This document shows positions 18,168 to 27,506 of a stretch of DNA of 34,789 bases, piece by piece; within the stretch, counting starts at the first letter, position 1, and each line of letters starts with the position of its first letter. Source of the DNA: Natrialbaceae archaeon B1-Br10_E2g27. GTDB lineage: Archaea; Halobacteriota; Halobacteria; Halobacteriales; Natrialbaceae. Made by a program: the position numbers and the translations under genes. The notes below the pieces were generated by a model, which ran no database searches, had not been told where the DNA came from, and was given only the letters and a program-made list of their open reading frames with translations. Location: NCBI GenBank assembly GCA_001563885.1, contig LKMM01000001.1:1-34789 (forward strand). Direction: 5' to 3'.

Positions 18168-18311
18168 CTATTCTGTCGCGAGCAAATCCGCGAGCGACAA
18201 GATCAGGACGTTAGCCAGTTTGGACCAGATGAGTCGCAACTACGGTTCTCAGGTTAGGACCAAACCACGTCTCCCCCAGCGTATTTATTGCCCATCTCGT
18301 AAGGCAACTCC

Positions 18312-19187
18312 ATGAGCGAGGACCACCCTGACAGATCGTCGACGACTAACGTCGGTTCCGGTTCGCGGATCACGCGCCGTCGGCTGCTCGGTGCGGGTGC
18401 AGTCGGCGCGTTAGGCGTCGGTGGACTGGCCGGACTCGGGTCGTATCTCGAGGACGACGACTGTCTCGGGTGGCCCGAGGGACCCGAGGCGTATCCGGAG
18501 GTCGTCCTGACCGGTTCCGATCCGGAGACGACGGATTTTGAGTCAATCGCCGATGCCGAAGAAGTCGTCATCTACGTCCACGGCTGGCGTGGCTTCGAGA
18601 CGAGTACCGACCAGGCGGCCGTACTCGAGGAAGCCCTACGAGAGAACGACTACGAACATCCGGTGGTGGCAGCGTCGTGGCCGGCCGACAGCGATCTCTA
18701 CTGGCGTACAGAGCGCCGGACTCCCGATGCAGGGCGACGGCTAGCGGAGTGGCTCGACTCAGATTCTGGGCTTCCTGAACCAGTACGAGTCGTTGGCCAC
18801 TCACTCGGCGGCCGGGTTGCCCTCGAGACGCTCGCTGCACTCGAGGACGAAACGCTCGAGACGGTGGCATTGTTGGGAACGGCAGCCGACGACGATTCGG
18901 TCTGTATCGACGGCGTCTATGGCCCCGGCATCGAATCGAACGCCGTGGCCGTCTACAACTATCACTCCGAAAACGACCACAGCGTCTGTACGGCCTACGA
19001 TCTGCAGTCACTCTCGGGTGGTCTCGGGTGTGAGGGTTCTGACTGTGCTGGCGGTTGGTTCGGCGACTCGAGTTCGCGTCCGGAAAACTACACCGACGTC
19101 GACGTCACTGACGAGGTCGCCGGCCACTGTTCGTATCAACTTCCTGGTGAGGGCTGTATTCCGCAGGTCGTCTCGGATTTCGAGTGA
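18312..19187 (+). CDS. Tat-exported alpha/beta hydrolase
   Basis: ITRRRLL plus hydrophobic stretch; YVHGW oxyanion motif; GHSLG nucleophile elbow; candidate Asp (END) and His (GHCSY). Confidence 0.88.
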   Translation: MSEDHPDRSSTTNVGSGSRITRRRLLGAGAVGALGVGGLAGLGSYLEDDDCLGWPEGPEAYPEVVLTGSDPETTDFESIADAEEVVIYVHGWRGFETSTDQAAVLEEALRENDYEHPVVAASWPADSDLYWRTERRTPDAGRRLAEWLDSDSGLPEPVRVVGHSLGGRVALETLAALEDETLETVALLGTAADDDSVCIDGVYGPGIESNAVAVYNYHSENDHSVCTAYDLQSLSGGLGCEGSDCAGGWFGDSSSRPENYTDVDVTDEVAGHCSYQLPGEGCIPQVVSDFE

Positions 19188-19238
19188 CCACTTATAGCCG
19201 AGGAAACTGCAAGTATCGCCACTCAGAGCGTAAATCAG

Positions 19239-19748
19239 GTGAGAGGAGTAAGCCCCCTTCTGTTCGTCCCGGCATTCGGCTGAGCGTCCGTCCCGTCCAC
19301 GGCATGGCCGTGGGGTGTTCGGGCTACCACGGCACGGACTTGCACCGGTGAGGGTTCGCCGTTCCATCGATCCTCGGCCGTCTGTGTGTGATCAGTGACG
19401 TCGAGTGTGGCCTGCGGGATCACCGCATACCACGTTCGTCACTCGTGGAATCGAACCACGTGGATCGATCACACGCCCTCTGCGGGTTCGCTCCCCTCGC
19501 TTTCGGTCGGGTTCGCGCGCATCATCGGTCGGGTCGAGACGTGTCGTTTCTGTTCCAGAGCCAGCGGTCTCCCGCTCCGGACTTGCGTCCGGTCACCTGC
19601 CCGAACAGGTGGGGGGACTTTCCTCGCGTACGTTGGGCGTCTCAAAGCACGGCCAACGGTATGAGCGTTGGGCATCTTGAGACGGCCAACGCGTTACGAA
19701 CGCGACGTTGCCGACACGGTCGCCGCGGCAGCCGGGCTCTCTCTCCCG
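19239..19748 (-). ncRNA. rnpB: RNase P RNA (archaeal type A; ends approximate)
   Basis: Minus strand has GAGGAAAGUCCCCCC (P4 5' strand), CAGAAAC, GAUGGAACGGC, GGUGCAAG and the 3' ACAGAAGGGGGCUUACU; TATA-like TTATTG about 25 nt upstream. Confidence 0.95.
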
Positions 19749-19853
19749 ATTTTTATAGGATTTGTCGGTCAATAAGTCCCTCGGTCGTGGGTATGGTATA
19801 AGAGCCGAAGCGAATGGAAGCGTTTTAGGACGATTACTCCCATGTACAGTTGT

Positions 19854-20453
19854 ATGTCCCAGCGACAGGGCGTCGACCTCTCTTATGAAGACGGTGCGCG
19901 TGCAGTGGAACTCGCGCGTGAAGCCGTCGAATCCTACGTACAACACGGGCAACGAGAACAACCTGGCAGCATGCGTGAGGCCTTTTACGAGCGCACCGGT
20001 GCGTTCGTTCGCCTCGAGTCGACACGCGGCCGGGGAAGCCTCCGGGGCTGTGCCGGGGGCTACCGTTCGGGCGAACAACTCGGGCATGTTATCGTCGACA
20101 CGGCGATTACGGCTGCAAGCGAAGACTCCTGTGGCTCGGAGGTCAGCCCCTCAGAGCTCCCAAATCTCACCGTCTCGGTCTGTGTGGTCAGAAACGTCGT
20201 CTTGACCGACGATCCACTTGCCGACCTCGAACTCGGCATCCACGGCGTCGCCATCGACGGTGGCGAGGGTGGCTGGCTCTACCCCACTGTCCCCGTAGAA
20301 AACGGCTGGAGCAAACGCGAGTATCTCGACCGAACCTGCCGGAAGGCACGACTCGGACCGGGTGCCTGGGAAAACGACGACGTCGTTGTCACGCTGTTCG
20401 AAGGCCAGGTCTTCCGCGAGCGCGAAGCCGACGGCAGTATCGAACAGCTCTAA
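19854..20453 (+). CDS. AMMECR1-domain protein (TIGR00296-like)
   Basis: GAFVRL...LRGCAG; G.HG; LYPTVPVE..W...YL...C.KA. Confidence 0.92.
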   Translation: MSQRQGVDLSYEDGARAVELAREAVESYVQHGQREQPGSMREAFYERTGAFVRLESTRGRGSLRGCAGGYRSGEQLGHVIVDTAITAASEDSCGSEVSPSELPNLTVSVCVVRNVVLTDDPLADLELGIHGVAIDGGEGGWLYPTVPVENGWSKREYLDRTCRKARLGPGAWENDDVVVTLFEGQVFREREADGSIEQL

Positions 20454-20616
20454 GACTGTACCGTGTGGTTCGTTCACTGGTGAGCGCCGACTGGTAGTAG
20501 ATCCCTCAGTGTCGCTTCTCCCTCCGAAGCCGGTGCCCAATGGTTATATATTGATCCTCTCTCTCGAGACATACGACCCGTGTCTCGAACTACAGCTAGT
20601 GCTTTGGCAAGCCTGA

Positions 20617-20662
20617 ACTGATGGGTCGAACCAGTCGGCGGGTATCGGTTCGACCCATCAGT
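20617..20662. repeat. 16-bp perfect inverted repeat with 14-nt spacer
   Basis: actgatgggtcgaacc (20617-20632) and ggttcgacccatcagt (20647-20662). Confidence 0.9.
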
Positions 20663-20687
20663 CGACGCTTGGCGGAGTACTAGCGTC

Positions 20688-21686
20688 GTGGGACGTCGAA
20701 TGCGACTCTCGCTTGCCGTTCGGATGCTCGTCACGAGTCTCACACTCGCGGTGTTGGTGAGTGGCTTTCTCATCGGAGTGTGGTATGTCATCGTGGCTGT
20801 GGTCACGCTTTTGGCACTACCCTCGAGTATTGGGGCGGTGATTGCGCTCGCGCTGGTTGGCCTGTTCGTCTATGCCGAACTCACACAGGTCGGCACCGTC
20901 GAGACAGCGGCCGACGCGAGGTCAATCGCCGCAGACGCCTACCCTGATTTGCAGGCTACCGTGACCAGAGTCGCCGCCCAGCTCGACGTTCCCGTCCCGA
21001 CAATCGCCATCGCCGACCGCTCGACGCCCGAAGCGATGGTCGTCGGCTACCGGCCAGAAACCATCCATCTCGTCCTCTCGAGAGGGACACTTATTACGCT
21101 CGAAGAATCCGAACTCGAGGCGGTGATCGCCCACGAACTCGCACACGTGAAAAACCGCGACGCGATGGTGATGACTGCCGCCTCGACGCCGGTCGTGCTT
21201 GCGTGGGGAGTCGTCTCGAGGGCTGCCCAGATTGGGTTTCCGGGTGATCAACCACCACAAACGGCACTCAAAGAGTGCCCGGGGAGGTTTATCTTGCAGA
21301 CATTTGCGGGACTGTTCGTTGCGCCACAGCGATTTCTCTGGTGGATACTGGGTACGATTGGACTGTGTACGCTTGCAGTCGCCGTACCGATTGTTGCGAT
21401 TCTCTCACGCGGGCGTGAACTCGCCGCAGACCGGACCGCTGCGATTGCGACGGGCTCGCCGGCGGCGCTTGCGAGTGCGCTGGTCACACTCGAGGATCGG
21501 ATTGCGAACACGCCGACCGAGGACCTCCGTTCGGTCTCGAGCGTCTCGGTGCTGTCGATTCTCCCACTCGATCGGCTGATAGAAGCCGAAGTCACTCCGA
21601 GATCGATCAGGTGTTGGCCAGTTTCGACGCACCCGCCGCTCGAGCGACGGCTCACCGAGCTTCGGAAGCTCGAGAACGAACAGTGA
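20688..21686 (+). CDS. M48-family (HtpX-like) membrane zinc metalloprotease
   Basis: N-terminal TM helices; AHELAHVKNRD (HEXXH); RELAAD; STHPPLERR. Confidence 0.9.
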   Translation: MGRRMRLSLAVRMLVTSLTLAVLVSGFLIGVWYVIVAVVTLLALPSSIGAVIALALVGLFVYAELTQVGTVETAADARSIAADAYPDLQATVTRVAAQLDVPVPTIAIADRSTPEAMVVGYRPETIHLVLSRGTLITLEESELEAVIAHELAHVKNRDAMVMTAASTPVVLAWGVVSRAAQIGFPGDQPPQTALKECPGRFILQTFAGLFVAPQRFLWWILGTIGLCTLAVAVPIVAILSRGRELAADRTAAIATGSPAALASALVTLEDRIANTPTEDLRSVSSVSVLSILPLDRLIEAEVTPRSIRCWPVSTHPPLERRLTELRKLENEQ

Positions 21687-21688
21687 TC

Positions 21689-22846
21689 TTACGCACTCGA
21701 GGTGAACCCGACCGCCTCTGCGTCGGCCAGACACCGCTCGCGTGCGGCCTCGAGGTCGAAGGTCCGGACGACCTCGCCGTCTCGGAGCAAGGGCTCGAGC
21801 AGCGACTCGCCGCCGTCGGGGCCGTCTCGATCCGAAAGCCCGATGTGGTGGCTCCCGTCGGGCGTTCGGTAGACGTCTTTGACCCCGGAGAGTTTGCCAC
21901 GTTTCGAGATCAGTTCACCCTCGATTTCGACGATATCGAGGCTGAAGTCGACGGGGTCGCGGTTCGTGATATGACTGCCGACGCCGAAGCCGTCTGCAAG
22001 CTCCCGGAGGGTATGCAACTGCTCGGGACCGAGCCCACCGCTACAGAAGATGTCGACGTCCTCGTGTCCGCGGGCGTCCAGTTCCCAGCGGACCTCACGG
22101 ATGATATGCCGGAAGTCGCCGCGTCGGGAACCGGTGGTGTCGATCCGGACTCCATCCAGGTCGTCACCGAGGGTTTCGGCGGCCAGCAGGCTCTCGCTTT
22201 TTTCGTCCCAGAAGGTGTCGACGAGCGCGATTCGTGGAGTCGATTCCGGAACTGCCTCGTCGAACGCCGTCCAGGCGTCGGCCTGGTTGCCCTCGCCGAA
22301 ACAGAACATGAGTGCGTGGGGCATCGTCCCACTTGCCTCTCGGCTGAGTGTCTCGCCAGCGGCGACGTGTGAGAACCCATCCAATCCCGCCAGTAAGGCC
22401 GCACGCTCGACGACTGACGCGATCGAGGGATGGACGTGACGTGCACCAAACGAAAGCACGAGCGAGTCGGGTGCCCCAAGGCGGGCCTCGAGGGCGGCCG
22501 TTGCAAAGCCACTTGGCTGTGAGAGAAGTCCCAACAGTGAGGTCTCGAGTTCGGCGAACTCGAGGTATGGGCCCTCGATACGCATCACTGGACCGCCATC
22601 GAACAGTTGGCCATCGGGGAGGGCGTCGATATCGACAGCACGGCCTTCGAACAGTCGGGCGACCGATTCGACGCCGGTGAACACCTCGAACGCGCCGGTC
22701 GAAAACTGGTCTGCGGTCACCTCGGCGACGACCTGAGGATTTCGTCCCGCATGCTCGAGTGTCGACCGGGTCCGCTCGAAGTAAGCGTCCGTCGCACGTC
22801 CCTCGAGAATCGCCTCGGTGGAGATGGTTCCAAACGGATCTGACAT
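21689..22846 (-). CDS. pncB: nicotinate phosphoribosyltransferase
   Basis: TDAYF, SFGARH, GTMPHA, LVDTF, GVRIDT, SGG, FGVG. Confidence 0.92.
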   Translation of the reverse strand: MSDPFGTISTEAILEGRATDAYFERTRSTLEHAGRNPQVVAEVTADQFSTGAFEVFTGVESVARLFEGRAVDIDALPDGQLFDGGPVMRIEGPYLEFAELETSLLGLLSQPSGFATAALEARLGAPDSLVLSFGARHVHPSIASVVERAALLAGLDGFSHVAAGETLSREASGTMPHALMFCFGEGNQADAWTAFDEAVPESTPRIALVDTFWDEKSESLLAAETLGDDLDGVRIDTTGSRRGDFRHIIREVRWELDARGHEDVDIFCSGGLGPEQLHTLRELADGFGVGSHITNRDPVDFSLDIVEIEGELISKRGKLSGVKDVYRTPDGSHHIGLSDRDGPDGGESLLEPLLRDGEVVRTFDLEAARERCLADAEAVGFTSSA

Positions 22847-22902
22847 AGTGTCAGTTTGTTTTGGGTATTGAAAAAGATAGGCGTCTTCGCCGCCTCATCG
22901 CC

Positions 22903-24381
22903 CTATGTGGTTTCGTTTGCCGTCCAACTCCCGTCGTAGACGGCCTCTATGTCGTCGGCGTCGGGTGTACGAACGATCGTCACGCGCTCGCCTGCCTGAT
23001 CGATATCGTAGGTTCCGGGGAAGTCACCCTCGAGTTCGTAGGTGTCCGCTCGATCCTCGACTGGGAGCCCGCCGTGGCGCTCGAGTAACTCACGGTAGGC
23101 GTCGGCGAACTGTTCGGCGTCGGCGGCGCTCATCCACTCGGATTTCCAGACGAATGCGCTTTCCTCGAGTCGTTCGTCGCTGGTCTCTGCGTCGTCGGGA
23201 ACGTAGACTGCGAGTTCGTCGCCGGCCCAGCCGTCGGTGTAGGGTTGGTCGTACTCGAGGTCGACGACGGGACCACCCTCGCTACCGGTTAACGATTCTC
23301 GGTCGATTATCGCGGGCTGGTTGCCGTCGATCGAGCCAGCGGCGAACATCGAGACCATACCGACCTCGCCGACGGTCTCGGTTGCAGGTTCCTCATCCAC
23401 CTCGAACGGTTGCCATGTCTCCTCGGACCGGTCGGTAACCTCGACTGTTGTGAAATTGCGATCTTCGCCGGGACGGATTACCTCGGAACTGGTCGTCGGT
23501 GGTTCGTCGTAGGCATCATTGACGGCAGACCAGCCATCCGCTGTGAGCAACGACTCGATGTAGTCGGGGCCGTCGTCGTAAGGCTGGATGAGAATCAGGT
23601 ACAGCCCCCAGTTGAACTCGCCGGGCGGTTGTGGTTGGTCAGTCGGCTCGAGACATGCCCACTCTTCGCCACAGCGCTCGCCGTAGGCCTCTTCGATCCA
23701 GACGGCATCGCCTTCGATAAGGCCGTTTTTGCCGGCCTCGCGGTCGATCGTTTCGCGATCGTAACTCGTCAGATCGAAGTGCTGGTCCTGGAGGGCGTGA
23801 AGCAGTTCGTGGCCGAGGATAACCTCGTCGGTTTCGGGCTCGTCGGGATCTTCAGCGACGACGACGACCTCGTTGGTCGTAAGATCGTAGTAGCCGCCAA
23901 CGGTGTCTCCGAAGAGCGCGTCAGTTTCGTCTTCGATCTCGGTGTGGCGATCGACCATCAACAGCGCCTCGTAGTTGACGTTCTGCTGAAACCGTTGTTC
24001 GTCGGTTACCGTGCCGAAGACGTCGTCTTCTTCGGCCTGGAACTCCTCGCGGGAGATAACCTCGACGTCGACGGAGTCTTCGAACGGAAGTTCACGCAGG
24101 TGTTCGACCCGAGCCATCGACCGATAAACGACCGATTCGAACTCGGCTTCCTCAATAGTGGCATCATCGCGGTCATCGATGGGGAGGTCATCGTCGTACC
24201 AGTAGCCCTCGACGTAGCCGATCGTCTCGCTCGTCGCGGGATCGTCGGGCCGATCGTCACCGGGGGCGAGATCGGTGGCGGGGCTGACCGAGCCGAAGAC
24301 GCCAGCGAGGACACCGAGCGTAAGGAGGACAACCAGCCCGACGGCACAGAGCGCGAGGAGTTGCGTTCGCGTCGGATTCAT
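22903..24381 (-). CDS. Hvo_1808-family surface protein with HEXXH motif (start revised to MNPTRT)
   Basis: N-terminal signal/TM segment; IGYVEGYWYDD; RSMARVE; HELLHALQDQ followed by IEGDA; very acidic. Confidence 0.85.
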   Translation of the reverse strand: MNPTRTQLLALCAVGLVVLLTLGVLAGVFGSVSPATDLAPGDDRPDDPATSETIGYVEGYWYDDDLPIDDRDDATIEEAEFESVVYRSMARVEHLRELPFEDSVDVEVISREEFQAEEDDVFGTVTDEQRFQQNVNYEALLMVDRHTEIEDETDALFGDTVGGYYDLTTNEVVVVAEDPDEPETDEVILGHELLHALQDQHFDLTSYDRETIDREAGKNGLIEGDAVWIEEAYGERCGEEWACLEPTDQPQPPGEFNWGLYLILIQPYDDGPDYIESLLTADGWSAVNDAYDEPPTTSSEVIRPGEDRNFTTVEVTDRSEETWQPFEVDEEPATETVGEVGMVSMFAAGSIDGNQPAIIDRESLTGSEGGPVVDLEYDQPYTDGWAGDELAVYVPDDAETSDERLEESAFVWKSEWMSAADAEQFADAYRELLERHGGLPVEDRADTYELEGDFPGTYDIDQAGERVTIVRTPDADDIEAVYDGSWTANETT

Positions 24382-24510
24382 TGAATGTTGGCAACTGTAC
24401 GGAGCCAATGATTAAAAGAACGACGTTCGGGCCACTTTGGAAGCGGCTCGATGTTTGTGACAGATCGACGACACCCACCGCTTTTTATTGCGAGGAACGA
24501 ACCATCGCAC

Positions 24511-25083
24511 ATGCACCTCGAGTCAGACCAGACCGCGGTCGTAGTGGTGGACATGCAAAACGGCTTCTGTCACCCTGATGGCTCGCTGTATGCCCCCGGC
24601 AGCGAGGCAGTCATCGAACCGATTGCCGACCTCGTAGAGCGAGCCAGCGAGGCCGGTGTCCGTCTCGTGTTTACCCGCGACGTCCACCCACCCGAGCAGT
24701 TCGAGGATAGCCACTACTACGACGAGTTCGAGCAGTGGGGCGAACACGTCATAGAGGGAAGCTGGGAGGCCGAAATTGTCGGGCAACTCCCGACTGAGGA
24801 AGCCGACTGCATCGTCGAAAAACACACCTACGACGCCTTCCACCGGACCGAACTCGAGGGCTGGCTGAACGCTCGAGGGATTCGAGACCTTCTCATCTGT
24901 GGCACGCTCGCGAACGTCTGTGTCCTGCATACGGGCGGCAGTGCTGGCCTGCGGGATTTCCGTCCGATCATGGTCGAAGACTGCATCGGCTCGATCGAGG
25001 ACGACCACAAAGAATACGCCCTAGAGCACGCCGACTGGCTGTTCGGCGAAGTCACAGGCACAGACGACCTCGAGTTTGACTGA
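24511..25083 (+). CDS. isochorismatase-family cysteine hydrolase, probably nicotinamidase (start revised to MHLESD)
   Basis: VVDMQNGF, D.H, EKHTYDAF, GTLANVCV (D-K-C triad); TTTTTAT promoter upstream; close to pncB. Confidence 0.9.
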   Translation: MHLESDQTAVVVVDMQNGFCHPDGSLYAPGSEAVIEPIADLVERASEAGVRLVFTRDVHPPEQFEDSHYYDEFEQWGEHVIEGSWEAEIVGQLPTEEADCIVEKHTYDAFHRTELEGWLNARGIRDLLICGTLANVCVLHTGGSAGLRDFRPIMVEDCIGSIEDDHKEYALEHADWLFGEVTGTDDLEFD

Positions 25084-25112
25084 GGGTATCAATCGCGGTG
25101 GCCTGTTGCTTT

Positions 25113-25652
25113 TTATCCGTACCGTGCAACGACGAACAGCCAGCCAGCGATGGCGAACTGCAAGATCTGATCGGAGACACTCCGGTAGGGACCAACGGCC
25201 GAGAGTACTCCCGAGAGCAAAAACAAAATGCCCGCAAGGAGTGCAAACCGACGCCCGACTGGTGGATCGCCGGCCCGCGCACGAGCGAGGCCAACGCCGC
25301 CACCGGAGACAACAAAAACGAGCAGTGCAGTGAACGACGTCTCGATGGCGACCCCACCGACCGTGAGTGCAGGGATTACGTCAGTTGGGAGGAGGGTGGC
25401 AAGCCCGAGTGCCTGTCCGATCGCTGCACCGCTGAGGACTGCCCCGTAGAGTGCTCGATCGTGCGTGTGGTCTCGACTTGCGGTTACCCAGTAGCTGAGT
25501 GCGAACGCGACGGTCATCGGAAGCGCCCAGAACAAAAGTATCGTGGCGACCCCACCCCGGCTGTATCCCGAAAGGGCCACGATAGCACCTGCATCGATCA
25601 ACTGATATGTAAGCGTCACGCCACAGACGGAGAGTCCGACCTTCGTGTACAC
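25113..25652 (-). CDS. hypothetical multi-pass membrane protein (start uncertain, possibly frameshifted)
   Basis: About six hydrophobic segments; GTG start, with an out-of-frame ATG 26 nt upstream. Confidence 0.55.
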   Translation of the reverse strand: MYTKVGLSVCGVTLTYQLIDAGAIVALSGYSRGGVATILLFWALPMTVAFALSYWVTASRDHTHDRALYGAVLSGAAIGQALGLATLLPTDVIPALTVGGVAIETSFTALLVFVVSGGGVGLARARAGDPPVGRRFALLAGILFLLSGVLSAVGPYRSVSDQILQFAIAGWLFVVARYG

Positions 25653-25757
25653 AGCAGTCGAAATTGGTTAACGGGCATGAAAACCTTCCCGTCGCGGCCT
25701 CGAGCAACAGCCGTTTGCAGTAAGAGAGTTTTTTAGGCTCGTAGCGAACGATGGGGT

Positions 25758-25952
25758 ATGAACGACCGTCGGCTTCGGTTGCTATACGTCGTCGGAATTG
25801 CACTCAACGCGATTGCGCTTTCGGCGGCGGTCTCGGCCGGGGAGATCATCTTCGGCATCACGTTCGGAATCGTGATGATCTATCTGGCGATTCGCTACTG
25901 GATGGTCGCAAAGCGAGCGCTTCCGGGCAATCAGGATCGGAAACTCGAGTGA
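25758..25952 (+). CDS. small two-TM membrane protein
   Basis: Two hydrophobic helices; TTTTTA TATA-like element about 25 nt upstream. Confidence 0.75.
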   Translation: MNDRRLRLLYVVGIALNAIALSAAVSAGEIIFGITFGIVMIYLAIRYWMVAKRALPGNQDRKLE

Positions 25953-26028
25953 CGGAAACGAGGTGGCTACCGACCGCCCACATATCTCCGCTACCTATTC
26001 ACCCGAGCGTAAATGTCACTCGAGACGA

Positions 26029-27012
26029 TCAGACATCGATCGGCCGGCTGTGTTCGGAAGACAGCCGATCTGCGATCGATCGGACGGCCTCGAGTCCCTG
26101 GACTTCGCCGTCGCGTTCTGGCAGGGTTAGAATCTCGAGGTCGGGGAAGGTGTCTCGAATTTCTTCGACGCGTTCTTTGTGGCGGGTGTGGCGTGATTGA
26201 CAGCGCGAGCAGTCGTCGGTGGGATCTTCGAACACCTGATTGACGACGAGCGATTTGACGGCGATACCACCCTCACGGAGCTGTTCGACCAGCCGCTCGG
26301 ATTCGGCGATTGCCATCCGTTCGGGGATGGCGACGACGCGAAACTCGGTCGTCTCCTGGTCGCCTAGCAACTCGCGAGCGCGCTCGAGACGGCCCTGGAA
26401 GTCGGCGAGGTCGTCGCTGTCGTTTTTCGAGGCTCCGATCATCGACATGGGGCCGAACATCGCGCTCTTTGCGGCGGTGCCGATCCGGCGAACCTGGCCC
26501 CGAAGCGAGCGGGTGGTCTCTATGGCGAGTCCCATCACCTCGGGCATGTCGAACAGCCGCAAGGTGTGTCCGGTGGGTGCGGTGTCGAAGACGACGACAT
26601 CCCAGTCGCCCTCGTCGACGTACTCGACGAGCAAATCGAGGGCAGCGAGTTCGTCGCTGCCAGCGGGTGCGCCGGAGGCAAATATCCGTTCGACTTCCTC
26701 ATCGGAAAGGCTGATACCGGCACTTCTGAGGTCTGCAGCAAGCGCCGTTGCGATCCGTTCGTACCGTTCTTTCCGAGTGTCAGCGTCGATCTCGACGGCC
26801 CAAAGGCTTCCTTCGAGTTCGTCCTCGAAGCCGACGAGTTCGGCCGGACGCGGCCCCAGATCGACCTCGAGGGAGTCAGACAGCGAGTGGGCGGGGTCGG
26901 TCGAGACGACGAGCGTCTCTATGCCGGCGTCGGCGAGCGAGATGGCGGTTGCGGCCGCACAGGTCGTCTTGCCGACGCCGCCTTTCCCGCCGTAAAAGAT
27001 GCAGTCGGTCAT
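26029..27012 (-). CDS. ArsA/Get3(TRC40)-family ATPase, single domain
   Basis: GKGGVGKTT, STDPAHSL, DTAPTGHTLR, CSRC. Confidence 0.93.
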   Translation of the reverse strand: MTDCIFYGGKGGVGKTTCAAATAISLADAGIETLVVSTDPAHSLSDSLEVDLGPRPAELVGFEDELEGSLWAVEIDADTRKERYERIATALAADLRSAGISLSDEEVERIFASGAPAGSDELAALDLLVEYVDEGDWDVVVFDTAPTGHTLRLFDMPEVMGLAIETTRSLRGQVRRIGTAAKSAMFGPMSMIGASKNDSDDLADFQGRLERARELLGDQETTEFRVVAIPERMAIAESERLVEQLREGGIAVKSLVVNQVFEDPTDDCSRCQSRHTRHKERVEEIRDTFPDLEILTLPERDGEVQGLEAVRSIADRLSSEHSRPIDV

Positions 27013-27078
27013 TCGTCTTCGACTACCCTCTTGAGCTACCTAAAGGGCGTGCCGAACTGGAGATGAAAGTGATTCGTC

Positions 27079-27348
27079 TTATATCGGATCGTCTGGATCG
27101 TACTGGTCAGCAGTTCGTTCGGCTTCCGTGGCGTAACGCCCGTGTGTTTCCTCGTCCGGCACCGGCTCGAGGTCGGCTTCGGGAATCTCACGTGCAGCCG
27201 TCACACCCGGGCCGGCCCGGAGGGTGTTCGCGGATTGTTCGCGCTGGTGATAGCGCGAGCCATCGGGTGTCGCGTAGACGAGGGTCACGACGTTTCGAGC
27301 GTCGAACTCGCGTTCGACGAGCCAGCAGCGGACGGTTGACTCACTCAT
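27079..27348 (-). CDS. conserved-looking haloarchaeal hypothetical protein (start revised to MSESTV)
   Basis: CWLVER...LVYATPDG...YDPDDPI; acidic, typical codon usage. Confidence 0.8.
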   Translation of the reverse strand: MSESTVRCWLVEREFDARNVVTLVYATPDGSRYHQREQSANTLRAGPGVTAAREIPEADLEPVPDEETHGRYATEAERTADQYDPDDPI

Positions 27349-27506
27349 ACCTGTGGCTACTGGATCCAGCCCCGAGAACGTACCGGCTGTGACCTCTTCC
27401 TTGCGGTAAACCGAAACGAATCGAAGATCACTCAGGCAATCGGACAAGGCCCAAAAACGGCGGAATTATGTCAAAACCTGATAGAAGGTCGATACACCAA
27501 TCAGCC

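Noticed and set aside
18168-18260. Weak hairpin/repeat after tRNA-Val
   Set aside because: Short and degenerate; no element can be defined.
19235-19801. Several short ORFs over the rnpB locus
   Set aside because: Explained by the RNase P RNA; no protein motifs.
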